A DNA stretch of 64,000 bases from Holosporales bacterium (GTDB lineage Bacteria; Pseudomonadota; Alphaproteobacteria; Paracaedibacterales; CANFPP01): the NCBI GenBank assembly GCA_947449005.1, contig CANFPP010000008.1:3884-67883 (forward strand), read 5' to 3'. Numbering within the stretch: position 1 is the first letter of the stretch; every line of letters starts with the position of its first letter. Below are positions 11,965 through 22,086 of this stretch, piece after piece. Below the pieces are notes generated by a model, which saw only the letters and a list, made by a program, of their open reading frames with translations, was not told the DNA's origin and did no database searches. The position numbers and the translations under genes were made by a program.

Positions 11965-12018
11965 TATACCCGCTCTCTCCATTGTCATCACACTGCGCAG
12001 GCGTGGATCCAGGCTGTT
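11965..12018. repeat. Degenerate REP with conserved flanks
   Basis: TATACCCGCTCTCTCCATTGTCATC...GGATCCAGGCTGTTT; the flank is the reverse complement of AAACAGCCTGGAT at 11301. Confidence 0.6.
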
Positions 12019-12070
12019 TTCTTACAAAAATCTGCACACTGCGTTTTAAAATAAAAAGAGAAATACAATA

Positions 12071-13606
12071 ATGAAAATAGTCCGTGCCGTTGCTACTGTT
12101 GGGGGGTTTACAAGTCTTAGCCGAATATTTGGCTTGGTACGTGAAATTCTTATGTCTCATGTTTTGGGGGCGGGGATCGTTGCAGACGCTTTTGTTGTTG
12201 CCTTTAAATTCCCTAATTTTTTCCGGCGTTTTTTTGCTGAAGGTGCTTTTAATGCGGCGTTTGTTCCCTTCTTTGCTGGAAAGCTTGAAAAAGAAGGAAA
12301 GCAACCCGCAATTTTAACAGCAGAACGCGTATTTTCATTTCTTGGCGCTTGTTTAATTCTGTTGGTCCTCGCCATAGAAATTTTTACACCAGAAATTATG
12401 CATCTTCTTGCCCCAGGATTTTCAACAACCCCTGAACGGCTTGATATTGCTGTTACTTTTACGCGTATTACATTTCCCTATATTTTATTTATGTCTCTTT
12501 CAGCTCTCTTGGCTGGGATTTTAAATTCGTTTGATCGCTTTGCAACAGCTGCTGCTGCTCCAATACTTTTAAATATTCTGATGATTCTAGCTTTGCTCGC
12601 TTATCCTGTTATTAATCTTTCAGCAGGATTAACGCTTGTTTGGTCAGTTTTTATTGCCGGGATTGTTCAGTTAGTTTGGCTCTATTGGGCATGTAGGCGT
12701 ATCGGTGTCTCATTAAGATTACTGGTTCCTAAAGCAACTCAAGACGTGAAGCATGTCATGAGAAAAATGATTCCGGGAGCCATTGGCGCTGGGGTTATGC
12801 AAATTAATTTGCTGATTGATATGGTGCTTGCTTCATTACTCACAACAGGTTCAATCTCCTATCTTTATTATGCAGATCGTTTAAATCAGCTGCCTCTCTC
12901 AATTTTTGGCGTTGCAATTGGAACTGTTCTTTTGCCCAGGCTCTCTCGCCAACTTCGTAAAGGAGATATTGAGAACGCAATGGAAAGTCAAAATCTGGCT
13001 TTAGAACTTGCGCTTCAGCTCAGTATTCCCTCAGCGGTGGGACTTATTATTTTATCTTTTCCTCTTATTAACTTAATCTATGGACATGGTTCTTTTAACG
13101 TTAACGATGTTAGTGCAACAGCGCCTGCTTTGGCTGCCTTTGCTTGCGGTTTGCCAGCCTATGTTACAGGGAAAGTTTTCTCTACTAGTTTTTTTGCCCG
13201 TTTGGATACGAAAACTCCGGTTAAAATTGCCATCGTTTGTATTATAGTTAATCTTATTTTGAACTTAATCTTAATGCGAACATTGCAGCATATAGGGCTT
13301 GCTTTAGCGACATCAATCTCAGCATGGCTCAATACAATCTTATTACTTATTTTCCTGAAGAAAAAAGAACTCTTCAAAACATCGCCTAATCTTATTAAGA
13401 TGATTGGAAAAGTGGTTTTATGCTCCTTATTGATGGGAGGAGTGGTATTTTTTATTCATGGTTATTTTAATGATTTAACCGATAAACTATATTTAAAAAT
13501 AGTGTCTCTTTTATTTTGCACCTGTTTTGGGATAGGTTTCTATGGAATTTTTGGGTACTGGTTGGGTATCTTTAAAACTCTCAATTTTAGTTCTTTAAGG
13601 CGATAA
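12071..13606 (+). CDS. murJ: Lipid II flippase MurJ (MviN)
   Basis: SRIFGLVRE, FRRFFAEGAF, YYADRLNQLPL; about 14 TM segments. Confidence 0.96.
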   Translation: MKIVRAVATVGGFTSLSRIFGLVREILMSHVLGAGIVADAFVVAFKFPNFFRRFFAEGAFNAAFVPFFAGKLEKEGKQPAILTAERVFSFLGACLILLVLAIEIFTPEIMHLLAPGFSTTPERLDIAVTFTRITFPYILFMSLSALLAGILNSFDRFATAAAAPILLNILMILALLAYPVINLSAGLTLVWSVFIAGIVQLVWLYWACRRIGVSLRLLVPKATQDVKHVMRKMIPGAIGAGVMQINLLIDMVLASLLTTGSISYLYYADRLNQLPLSIFGVAIGTVLLPRLSRQLRKGDIENAMESQNLALELALQLSIPSAVGLIILSFPLINLIYGHGSFNVNDVSATAPALAAFACGLPAYVTGKVFSTSFFARLDTKTPVKIAIVCIIVNLILNLILMRTLQHIGLALATSISAWLNTILLLIFLKKKELFKTSPNLIKMIGKVVLCSLLMGGVVFFIHGYFNDLTDKLYLKIVSLLFCTCFGIGFYGIFGYWLGIFKTLNFSSLRR

Positions 13607-13609
13607 AAA

Positions 13610-14614
13610 ATGCAAACAATACAGCGTATTCTCTCTGGCGTTAGGCCTACAGGAGATATTCATTTAGGCAATTACTTGGGTGCCATTCGCAATTGGGTGA
13701 AATTGCAGGAAATCTCGCGTGAGAGACTATTTTGTATTGTGGATATGCATGCCTTAACCACCAGTGATGATGCGCATAATCTGGCCAATAATACGCGGAC
13801 TGTAGCGGCAGCCTATATTGCCTGCGGAATTAATCCAGATACCAGTGCTATATTTGCACAAAGTCAAGTTCCAGCACATTTAGAACTAGCTTGGATTCTT
13901 AGCTGCATTACGCCTCTTGGGTGGTTAAATCGCATGACACAGTTCAAAGATAAAGCAGGTTCAGATAGAGAAAAAGCATTCTTGGGATTGTATTCGTATC
14001 CGGTGCTGATGGCGGCTGATATTTTAATTTATAATGCAACACATGTGCCGGTTGGCGATGATCAAAAGCAACACGTTGAGCTCGCTCGAGATATCGCAGG
14101 TGCATTCAATCGTCATTATCAAACAGAAACCTTTATCCTGCCAGAGCCGCATATTATAGGAACGGCAACGAGAGTGATGAGCCTTCGCGATGGTTCAAAA
14201 AAAATGAGTAAGTCTGATCTTTCTGATTATTCACGAATTAACTTGATGGACGATCCAGATGCGATTGTTTTAAAAATCAAAAAATCAAAAACAGATAGTG
14301 ATCCAATTCCAGAGAAATTCGAGGATTTAGGAAGTCGAGTTGAGGCAAAAAATCTTATAACGATTTATGCGACGCTTACGGATCAATCCTGTGATGCGGC
14401 TTGTGCGCAATTTTCTGGACAAACATTTTCAACATTAAAGAATCAGTTAGCTGATGCCTTGGTTAACGTATTGTCTCCAATTCGTGAAAAAATGCATTTT
14501 CTGTTAAATGAAAAAAGTGAGCTGGATAAAATATTAAAAGTAGGGGCAGAGAAAGCGAATGATCTTGCGGTTCCTCACCTTAAAGAAATTCGCAAAATTA
14601 TAGGAATCTTGTAG
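13610..14614 (+). CDS. trpS: Tryptophan--tRNA ligase
   Basis: HLGNYLG, VPVGDDQKQH, KKMSKS. Confidence 0.98.
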   Translation: MQTIQRILSGVRPTGDIHLGNYLGAIRNWVKLQEISRERLFCIVDMHALTTSDDAHNLANNTRTVAAAYIACGINPDTSAIFAQSQVPAHLELAWILSCITPLGWLNRMTQFKDKAGSDREKAFLGLYSYPVLMAADILIYNATHVPVGDDQKQHVELARDIAGAFNRHYQTETFILPEPHIIGTATRVMSLRDGSKKMSKSDLSDYSRINLMDDPDAIVLKIKKSKTDSDPIPEKFEDLGSRVEAKNLITIYATLTDQSCDAACAQFSGQTFSTLKNQLADALVNVLSPIREKMHFLLNEKSELDKILKVGAEKANDLAVPHLKEIRKIIGIL

Positions 14615-14617
14615 AAA

Positions 14618-15487
14618 ATGTCTCGCATTGTTTATGTAAATGGTCGTTACCTTCCTTATGATTATGCTCAGATTCCTGTAGAAGACAGAGGGTATCAACT
14701 TGCCGATGGTGTTTATGAAGTTGTGGCTGTCATGAACGGTAAGATGGCGGATTTGTACCCACATCTGGATCGGCTGCAGCGATCTCTTGCTGCGATTGAT
14801 ATAGAGTTTGATCTGTCACATCAAAGTTTTGAAATTATTATGAGAGAATTGCTAAGACGCAATCGTATAAGCAACGGCGTTCTTTATTTGCAGATAACAC
14901 GCGGAACGTTAGCTCGGCAATTTCATTATCCAAACCCACCGATTCAGCCGCACCTTGTTATCATTGCGAGGCATTTTGATTACCAGAAATTCATTGCTAG
15001 TAAAGCGGGGGGTGTAAAGGTTATTACACATTCTGATATTCGCTGGCCCAGACCCTATATTAAATCAGTTTCTTTGTTGCCAAATGTTTTGATGAAACAA
15101 ACTGCTGTTGCACAGGGAGCTCATGAAGCTGTGCTAATTAATAGTCAAGGATATGTAACGGAAGGTGCTGCTAGTAATCTTTGGATTATTAATGAGAAAA
15201 ATGAGTTGCAAACCCATCCTACAGATTCATCTATTTTAAATGGGATTACTCGTGCTAAGCTTATAGAAATTGCAGATAATCTTGGTATTACGTTGGCAGA
15301 AAAACCTTACAAGCTTCCAGAGTTATTGTCTGCAAAAGAGGCGTTTTTGAGTGGTGCAACCACATGGGCTGTTGGCGTTATTCAAGTTGATGATCACATC
15401 ATTAATGACGGCAAACCAGGTCCTATTACTCAAAAGCTACATAAAAAATATTTGGCCTATGTGCGAGGAAAAGAAGACGTTGAATAA
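14618..15487 (+). CDS. dat: D-amino-acid aminotransferase (class IV PLP)
   Basis: EDRGYQLADGVYE, IKSVSLLPN, TEGAASN, ILNGITR. Confidence 0.85.
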   Translation: MSRIVYVNGRYLPYDYAQIPVEDRGYQLADGVYEVVAVMNGKMADLYPHLDRLQRSLAAIDIEFDLSHQSFEIIMRELLRRNRISNGVLYLQITRGTLARQFHYPNPPIQPHLVIIARHFDYQKFIASKAGGVKVITHSDIRWPRPYIKSVSLLPNVLMKQTAVAQGAHEAVLINSQGYVTEGAASNLWIINEKNELQTHPTDSSILNGITRAKLIEIADNLGITLAEKPYKLPELLSAKEAFLSGATTWAVGVIQVDDHIINDGKPGPITQKLHKKYLAYVRGKEDVE

Positions 15488-16130
15488 AGTAATTATCCCT
15501 TCAAAACCTATCGCGTTTTTGTTTGATTGGGATAATACTCTCGTTGAAAGTTGGCAGGTTATTTTTCTTGCCTTTAACAGAACATTAGCTGATTTCGGCA
15601 AAGAACCATTTACCTTTGATGAGGTCAAAAGCAGAGGTTACAATTCTTCACGCAATGTGTTTCCTGAAATATTTGGTGATGATTGGGTGGCTGCTCAAAA
15701 ATTAATGTATCACTATTTTGATGAGTACGCTGGTGAAGTAAGACTCTTAGAAGGGGCGAGAGAACTTATAGAATGGCTGTATTTGAATAAATATCCAATG
15801 GCGATTATCAGTAATCGGCAAGCAGATGTCCTTCGTGATGAGGTCGAGCGTCTTGGAATCAGTCATTTTTTTGCAAGTGTGGTTGGGTCAGGGGATACTG
15901 TGCGCGACAAACCAGATCCAGCATTGGCAAGGCTAAGTTTAAAAAGACTTGGTCTCGTGGGATCTAATCAAGTATGGTTTGTTGGTGATACTCCCGTGGA
16001 CTGGCAATGTGCCATAAACTCTGGCTGTCAACCGGTTGGCATTAGTGAAGAGCATCTAGATTTTGAAATGCCAGGCCTTATTCGTGTTGCAGATTGTCAT
16101 GAGTTAAAAAAAATCTTATCAGATTTCTAA
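15480..16130 (+). CDS. HAD hydrolase, phosphoglycolate-phosphatase-like (probable TTG start 15480)
   Basis: FDWDNTLV, DKPDP, FVGDTPVD. Confidence 0.85.
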   Translation: MNKVIIPSKPIAFLFDWDNTLVESWQVIFLAFNRTLADFGKEPFTFDEVKSRGYNSSRNVFPEIFGDDWVAAQKLMYHYFDEYAGEVRLLEGARELIEWLYLNKYPMAIISNRQADVLRDEVERLGISHFFASVVGSGDTVRDKPDPALARLSLKRLGLVGSNQVWFVGDTPVDWQCAINSGCQPVGISEEHLDFEMPGLIRVADCHELKKILSDF

Positions 16131-16217
16131 TTTCTGCCCTTGGTCTTTGCGCAAAATCATACTACATCTATAATTATAAAAAATTTTAATAAAATATTAA
16201 ATAAGGAGAGTTTAGCT

Positions 16218-16523
16218 GTGGCAGCTGATAAACCTGTAAACGTTCAAGATGTATTCCTAAATCATATCCGCAAAAACAAAACACCTCTTACGGTGTTTCT
16301 CATTAATGGGGTTAAGCTGCAAGGTATTGTTACTTGGTTTGATAGTAGTTCTATGTTGTTACGCCGTGATGGTCATTCCCAACTTGTTTATAAACATGCT
16401 ATATCAACTCTAATGCCTCAAGGAACAATCCAGTTGTTTGATGGCGCCCACAGTACAACTGTTGAGGGTTCTCATGAAGAAACGCACGCAGGATTTGATG
16501 ATGAGTTTGATGAAGAACATTAA
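16218..16523 (+). CDS. hfq: RNA chaperone Hfq with acidic tail (GTG start after AAGGAG)
   Basis: [29 protein letters not shown]. Confidence 0.97.
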   Translation: MAADKPVNVQDVFLNHIRKNKTPLTVFLINGVKLQGIVTWFDSSSMLLRRDGHSQLVYKHAISTLMPQGTIQLFDGAHSTTVEGSHEETHAGFDDEFDEEH

Positions 16524-16558
16524 AGATTTTGTAAACCTAACCCCCCTTAACCACTCAA

Positions 16559-17890
16559 ATGGTTAAAGAAACATCGATAGAGCCGACCAAAGCTTGCGTG
16601 TTAGATGTCGTGATACGCAAAAAACCCGCAAGCATCTCAGTCCTGCCTCTCCATGCAGAAACAAAACGAAGCGGCAGACTTGAAGAAGCTGTTGGTCTTG
16701 CATTGGCAATTAATCTTGATGTTGTTCATCAACAACTTATCAATCTAAACAGACCTTCTCCTTCTACGTTAATTGGAAAGGGGAATGTGGATGAGCTTAA
16801 AGGCATTATCGCTTTTCAAAATATTTCTTTGGTTGTTGTAAATACGGTCATTACGCCGATTCAACAACGCAACCTCGAGAAAGTCTGGAAATGTAAGGTT
16901 ATTGATCGCAATGGCTTAATCTTAGAAATTTTTGGCGCTAGAGCGCGTACAGCCGAAGGTAAGGTGCAGGTTGAGCTTGCAGCTCTTAAGCATCAAAGAA
17001 GTCGACTGGTTAGATCCTGGACACATCTTGAAAGGCAACGAGGCGGCTTTGGTTTTATTGGTGGCCCTGGAGAATCGCAATTAGAGTTAGACAGGCGACT
17101 GATCGATGAGCGAATTCTAAAGCTTCAAAAACAATTGGATCAAGTTAAGCGAACACGGGGCTTGCACAGGCAGTCACGAAAAAGAAGTGCGCTGCCGATT
17201 GTTGCACTGGTTGGATATACCAATGCTGGCAAATCAACACTCTTTAATTCATTGGCAAAAGCAGATGTCTTTGCGAAGGATCTTTTGTTTGCAACCCTTG
17301 ATCCAGCAATGCGCCGCGTAAAGCTTTCTAGTGGCCGTGAAATTATTTTATCAGATACAGTTGGTTTTATATCAGAATTACCAACTCAATTAATTGCAGC
17401 ATTTCGGGCAACCTTGGAAGAGGTGTGTGCAGCAGATGTAATCATTCATGTTCGAGATTGCGCACACGTCGATAGCGAGCATCAGGTTCAAGATGTGTAT
17501 AAGGTTCTGGGAGATTTAGGCCTTATGGAGGATGGACATAATCCTTCGATGATTGAGGTTTATAATAAAGTGGATCTGCTTGATGACGAACAACAGCAAG
17601 TTCTTTCCAATCGTTTAGAGCGGACGCACAGCAGAGTTGCTTTGTCAGCCCTGAGCGGCGAGGGGACAGATAAGCTTTTAAAATTGATCGACAAATTTTT
17701 AAATCGAGATAAAAAAGTTGTAGATATAACTTTATCAAGTAGTGATGGTGACTTGTTGGCCTGGTGCTATCGCCGCGGGACTGTTATTAAGCGAAACGAT
17801 AAAGATGATGAGATTCAGCTAACTCTTTGGCTAAGTCCTGAGGATTCAAAAGACATGCTAGAAAAAATTAATAAAACTTCACTTTCTTAA
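16559..17890 (+). CDS. hflX: GTPase HflX
   Basis: GPGESQLELDRR, VGYTNAGKST, LFATLD, SDTVGFI, NKVD; follows hfq. Confidence 0.97.
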   Translation: MVKETSIEPTKACVLDVVIRKKPASISVLPLHAETKRSGRLEEAVGLALAINLDVVHQQLINLNRPSPSTLIGKGNVDELKGIIAFQNISLVVVNTVITPIQQRNLEKVWKCKVIDRNGLILEIFGARARTAEGKVQVELAALKHQRSRLVRSWTHLERQRGGFGFIGGPGESQLELDRRLIDERILKLQKQLDQVKRTRGLHRQSRKRSALPIVALVGYTNAGKSTLFNSLAKADVFAKDLLFATLDPAMRRVKLSSGREIILSDTVGFISELPTQLIAAFRATLEEVCAADVIIHVRDCAHVDSEHQVQDVYKVLGDLGLMEDGHNPSMIEVYNKVDLLDDEQQQVLSNRLERTHSRVALSALSGEGTDKLLKLIDKFLNRDKKVVDITLSSSDGDLLAWCYRRGTVIKRNDKDDEIQLTLWLSPEDSKDMLEKINKTSLS

Positions 17891-17956
17891 TGATTTATTA
17901 ATTTTCTTTGCATAATCTTTATAAAGATCAATGATTATTTTTGAAGGAATTTCCCT

Positions 17957-18442
17957 ATGAAAAAGACCAGTATTCTGTGGCTTGCAGCTTTGTTTTTAGT
18001 TAGCGGCTATGAGGCTAGTGCGAATCCAAAAACTCCTGGTGATGACGATTATGAGCACATTAATATTGGAAAAACGACAAAGCATTGCGAAATTGTTGTG
18101 TCAAAATTTTGTGCGTCTTCTAAGGGAACATGTAGTCGCTATTGCGTTACAGCAAATAAAGGAAAAGCTGAAAAACAAGCTAGTTGTAAAACTCATTGTA
18201 AAGTTGATGCGTATTGTAGCACTACCAAGCCATCTAAAGAAAAGACTATTGAACCCTTGGTGAAACAAAACAAAGAACAAGTTATTGCTTGTATTGCTCA
18301 ATTACGTGATCCTTCAGGAGAAAACTCTGGTCGGAGAATGGAAGACTGGAAAGTGATTCAAACTCCTTCTTTCACTAAAATTGTCGGAGAGCCAGTAGCT
18401 GAAGAAGATGCTCCAGCAGCTGAAGAGGTTGAAGCACAATAA
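17957..18442 (+). CDS. Hypothetical secreted Cys-rich protein
   Basis: AAGGA RBS, signal peptide (EASA-N), 8 Cys, acidic tail. Confidence 0.7.
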   Translation: MKKTSILWLAALFLVSGYEASANPKTPGDDDYEHINIGKTTKHCEIVVSKFCASSKGTCSRYCVTANKGKAEKQASCKTHCKVDAYCSTTKPSKEKTIEPLVKQNKEQVIACIAQLRDPSGENSGRRMEDWKVIQTPSFTKIVGEPVAEEDAPAAEEVEAQ

Positions 18443-18461
18443 GCTTTAACAATTAAAACAA

Positions 18462-18497
18462 CAAAACTGGCAAGGAGAAATCTTTGCCAGTTTTTTT
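18462..18497. terminator. Bidirectional intrinsic terminator
   Basis: AAAACTGGCAAGG...CTTTGCCAGTTTTTTT between convergent genes. Confidence 0.8.
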
Positions 18498-18502
18498 ATG
18501 TC

Positions 18503-19261
18503 CTATAAAGCGATGTTAGCTTCTTTCGCAATGGAAAGAAGGTCACGCCAAACCATCGCTTTTTGACCAGGCGAGCGCATTAAGTATGCTGGGTGCAACG
18601 TGGCCATTGTTTTAATTGGTTGCGAAAGTCCGGCTGATTGGTATGAACGCCATGTCCCTCTGAGGCGGACAATGCCTTCAGTTGTATTCAGTAAAGTCTT
18701 TGCTGCAACTCCGCCAATTAAGATAAGAATTTTGGGATTAATAAGCTCAATATGTCGTTCAACAAAGGGCTGACACGCAGCAATTTCTGCCGTAGTCGGT
18801 GGACGATTTCCAGGCGGGCGCCAAGGAATGATGTTCGTAATATAAATATTTTCTTTACGACTCAGCTTTACAGTCGCTAGCATTCGATCAAGCAGTTGTC
18901 CACTAAGCCCGACAAAAGGTAATCCTTGCTTATCCTCATCCGCTCCAGGCGCTTCGCCAACAAGCATAATCGAAGCCTTGGGATTGCCGTCGGAAAAAAC
19001 CATATTCATGGCTGTCGTTTTTAAGGAGCATTGATTGAAGTTGGCCATAGCGTCTTTGAGTTCATCTAACGTTTGACAAGCGGAAGCTGGGTGTGTGGAT
19101 CCATGCTGTGCCGGCATTGAGCTTATCACAGGCTTTACAGTCGTTACCACAGGTGGTGCTGCTGGTTTCATGCGATTGTTTGGCTCATTCATTACAATAG
19201 CATCGACACCAATTTCTTGATGCCAACGAAGTAAATCTGTAAGATCTTTTCTTGTAACCAC
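18503..19261 (-). CDS. Uracil-DNA glycosylase family 4
   Basis: [31 protein letters not shown]. Confidence 0.93.
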   Translation of the reverse strand: MVTRKDLTDLLRWHQEIGVDAIVMNEPNNRMKPAAPPVVTTVKPVISSMPAQHGSTHPASACQTLDELKDAMANFNQCSLKTTAMNMVFSDGNPKASIMLVGEAPGADEDKQGLPFVGLSGQLLDRMLATVKLSRKENIYITNIIPWRPPGNRPPTTAEIAACQPFVERHIELINPKILILIGGVAAKTLLNTTEGIVRLRGTWRSYQSAGLSQPIKTMATLHPAYLMRSPGQKAMVWRDLLSIAKEANIAL

Positions 19262-19293
19262 TCTGTTGTACTACCTTAGAAAGAAGCATTTTT

Positions 19294-20172
19294 TTGTCTA
19301 CTATATATCATGCTGCAGCAAAAATTAACCTGATGTTACACGTTACTGATCGATACGATAACGGGTATCATCATCTGCAATCAATATTTGTTTTTGCGTC
19401 GTGTGGTGATGAAGTTAGCGTTTCATCTGATTCAGAGTTAAAATTGACGGTTGATGGGCCTTTTGCGCATCAACTACCAACAGATCAATCTCAGAATTTA
19501 GTGATCAAGGCAATTGAGTGGTTAGGTGATTATCAAGGTATAGCGTTGACAGGTACGATTCATCTTCGAAAAAATCTTCCAATTGCGTCTGGTATTGGTG
19601 GTGGTTCTAGTGATGCTGCGGCAGCAATTGCTGCATTTTTGCCAAAAGATATAACGTTCCAGAAAAAGCGAGAGATCGTTAAGGCTTCGGGTGTATTGGG
19701 GGCTGACGTTCCTATTTGTTTGGCATACCAATTAGGTTTTGGAACAGCATTTTGGCTTGATGGTAGTGGAACAGAAGGAGACATAAAAAATCTGACTTTA
19801 CCCTCAGCGCTTGAGATTGTCCTGGTTAACCCAGGTAAATCTGTTTTGACATCTGAAATATTTAAAAGTTTGAAACGGCCTTATAGCGATCTCCTTGAGG
19901 CACCTGAGCCATTCATAACCAAAGAAGGTTTATTGGGGTTTCTGTCAAAGCAGCGCAATGACTTTGAAGTTCCCTTGCAAACATTGACGCCAAGTACAAA
20001 AGATGTTTTAGAGGCAATTTCTAACTCAAAAAATAATCTGCTTGCAAGAGTTTCTGGTAGCGGAGCAACTTGCTTTGGTTTGTATTCTGACAAAATGGAT
20101 GCAGCGGCTGCTGCGCAGAAAATCCAAGAACGCCACCCCGATTGGTGGGTGAGCCAGGGGTATCTTGTGTAG
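19294..20172 (+). CDS. ispE: 4-diphosphocytidyl-2-C-methyl-D-erythritol kinase
   Basis: AKINLMLHV, GYHHLQS, KNLPIASGIGGGSSDAA, GADVP, SGSGATCF. Confidence 0.93.
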   Translation: MSTIYHAAAKINLMLHVTDRYDNGYHHLQSIFVFASCGDEVSVSSDSELKLTVDGPFAHQLPTDQSQNLVIKAIEWLGDYQGIALTGTIHLRKNLPIASGIGGGSSDAAAAIAAFLPKDITFQKKREIVKASGVLGADVPICLAYQLGFGTAFWLDGSGTEGDIKNLTLPSALEIVLVNPGKSVLTSEIFKSLKRPYSDLLEAPEPFITKEGLLGFLSKQRNDFEVPLQTLTPSTKDVLEAISNSKNNLLARVSGSGATCFGLYSDKMDAAAAAQKIQERHPDWWVSQGYLV

Positions 20173-20290
20173 GCTCGTCATGAATAAAAAAATACGGGTG
20201 ATTTGTCTCAAATTTTATATTGACGGCTTTGTTGGCTTATAATAAGTTGCGATAACTATTAAATATATCTAATGAATAGAGGGTGGGGTA

Positions 20291-21445
20291 ATGAAAAAAT
20301 ATATGGGGTATGTCTCTGTAGTTCTAGCAGTGCTAGTTGCTGGTTGTTCAGGGATTAATGAAAATTTAGAAGTACGGAAAATAGAGCCACCAAAGCTTGA
20401 TGCGGCTTATCTTGGTAAGAAAATCTTATGTCATCGTCCGATGCGCCATGGGTCTCCATCAATGAATGTGATCGAGCAGGATGGTAAGGTTATTGCTAAT
20501 AACTATGGACATGGGGGAAGTGGTTGGACGTTAGGCCCAGGATCTGCAAGTTACGTTAATGGATTGCTTGAAGAGTCAGCAGGAAAGAAGTTAAAAAAAC
20601 ACTCGAAGATTACAATCGTTGGAGCAGGAGCAATTGGTCTCTTTACAGCTTTAGATCTTGTTCAGCGTGGATATAAAAATATCACTGTTGTTGCCGAGAA
20701 GTTTGATGATTTAACGTCGCATAATGCTGGTGGTTTATTAGCGCCAGTCTCAATGGACAATGATCCAGAAATGCAAAAAGTTGTCAATAAAATCGGTGTT
20801 GATGCCTATAAATTCTATGAAAAAATTGCCAAAGGACAAGATGCCATCTTTAAAGAAGGCGCTGTTATTGTTCCAACATATTTCCGGACACGTGAAGACT
20901 CAGGGCTTGAGCCATATGTTGGCGTTGTGATGAAGCCTGCAAAAGATGTTCTGTTAGATTTTGGCACTGGCACACAGCAACGTCTGGTAAGTTATGATGA
21001 TGGAATTTTCATCGACACGAGCGTGTTTATGAAAAATTTGAAAAAATTCCTAACCGGCAAAGTCAAGTTTAAACAACAAAAAATTAACTCATTTAGTGAG
21101 ATTAAGGCGCGCTTTATTATTAACTGTATCGGTCTTGGGGCAAAGCAACTGTTAGGTGATAAAGAAATGGCCTCGGTTCAAGGGCATCTCATTATGTTAA
21201 AGAATCAGAAGCCAGCTAACTTGCAACATATGATTTTAGTTTACTTTGGTGAAGCAAAAACAAAAGAAGGATTTAAAGCAAAAAGATCATTCTATATGTT
21301 CCCTAAGCACTTGCCAGAGACTGGACCAAATGATGTGGGAGTTATTGGTGGTACCTTTATTGAAGGGGCTGACGCTGATCATCCAAACACAGAAGAGTTT
21401 GATATTATGCTTCAGGGTGCAAAAGACTTTTACGGTCTTCGTTAA
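20291..21445 (+). CDS. FAD-dependent D-amino-acid-oxidase-family lipoprotein, circularly permuted
   Basis: Lipobox LVAG-C; NNYGHGGSGWTL precedes the Rossmann motif VGAGAIG; TSHNAGG; ends after GGTF. Confidence 0.8.
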   Translation: MKKYMGYVSVVLAVLVAGCSGINENLEVRKIEPPKLDAAYLGKKILCHRPMRHGSPSMNVIEQDGKVIANNYGHGGSGWTLGPGSASYVNGLLEESAGKKLKKHSKITIVGAGAIGLFTALDLVQRGYKNITVVAEKFDDLTSHNAGGLLAPVSMDNDPEMQKVVNKIGVDAYKFYEKIAKGQDAIFKEGAVIVPTYFRTREDSGLEPYVGVVMKPAKDVLLDFGTGTQQRLVSYDDGIFIDTSVFMKNLKKFLTGKVKFKQQKINSFSEIKARFIINCIGLGAKQLLGDKEMASVQGHLIMLKNQKPANLQHMILVYFGEAKTKEGFKAKRSFYMFPKHLPETGPNDVGVIGGTFIEGADADHPNTEEFDIMLQGAKDFYGLR

Positions 21446-21461
21446 GAGTTGTTATCTAAAA

Positions 21462-21493
21462 AGCTCACGGGTGATAGGCCCGTGAGTGCTTTA
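21462..21493 (+). terminator. Probable terminator hairpin
   Basis: CTCACGGG-tgatagg-CCCGTGAG followed by TGCTTT. Confidence 0.55.
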
Positions 21494-21515
21494 TGTGAGT
21501 TAACGTAGTGTACAA

Positions 21516-21620
21516 GTTTTTTTTAGCTGATCTTTTGCCTCTAACTTCTGGCTTTAAAATCTTAGAAGAGTGAGCTATCCGCAGTTTCAAACTCATTAGC
21601 GCACTCAATTCATGGGGATA
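21516..21620. repeat. Diverged internal core of the 165-bp MITE family
   Basis: TTTTTAGCTGATCTTTTG and CTTTAAAATCTTAGAAGAGTGAGCTATCCGC align with the MITE interior; TIRs absent. Confidence 0.6.
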
Positions 21621-21680
21621 ACTAACCAAAATCTTTTCATTACAAATCAACATCTTCAGTAAATTACAAATAACCGCTGC

Positions 21681-21837
21681 CGTCATGGCGAGCCACGAAG
21701 TGGTGTGGCCATCCAGAAAAATTAACACCTATGAAACAGCCACCCATTTACATTATGACAAATCAATGAAATGAAAAACTTTAATAGCAGATATTGTTTA
21801 ACTGGATGGCCACGCACCTGCGGTGCTCGCCATGACG
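21681..21837. repeat. Inverted REP doublet with ~85-bp spacer
   Basis: CGTCATGGCGAGCCACGAAGTGGTGTGGCCATCCAG ... CTGGATGGCCACGCACCTGCGGTGCTCGCCATGACG. Confidence 0.8.
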
Positions 21838-21861
21838 GCGATGGGTGTGTATTTAATGCAT

Positions 21862-22074
21862 TTATAACTCATCCACTTTAAATTCTAAGATATCGCCAGG
21901 CTGGCAACCTAGATGCCGACAGATGTTCTCCAAAGTTGAAAATCGTATGGCTTTTGCTTTGCCCGTCTTTAAAATAGATAAGTTTTGAGCAGTAATGCCA
22001 ACCGCTTCTGCTAAATCTTGAAGCTTCATTTTTCTTTTGGCGAGAGCAACGTCAAGATTCACTATAATTCCCAT
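21862..22074 (-). CDS. YozG-like Cro/C1 HTH transcriptional regulator
   Basis: NLSILKTGKAKAIRFSTL...LGCQPGDIL signature. Confidence 0.92.
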   Translation of the reverse strand: MGIIVNLDVALAKRKMKLQDLAEAVGITAQNLSILKTGKAKAIRFSTLENICRHLGCQPGDILEFKVDEL

Positions 22075-22086
22075 GATATACTCTTC

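Noticed and set aside
8900-12020. CRISPR array or integron attC interpretation of the clustered palindromes
   Set aside because: Repeats are irregularly spaced, inverted and heterogeneous, with no cas or integrase gene; REP/MITE explains them
16186-16200. TTAA-N7-TTAA CtrA-box match upstream of hfq
   Set aside because: Lies in an almost pure A/T tract where the match is expected by chance
15351-16217. Long N-terminal extensions of the HAD and Hfq ORFs
   Set aside because: Better starts with RBS or coupling exist at 15480 and 16218; the extensions are ORF-caller artefacts
12071-21445. murJ, dat and DAO as a single D-amino-acid system
   Set aside because: Separated by unrelated housekeeping genes; murJ-trpS and dat-HAD-hfq-hflX are ordinary alphaproteobacterial synteny
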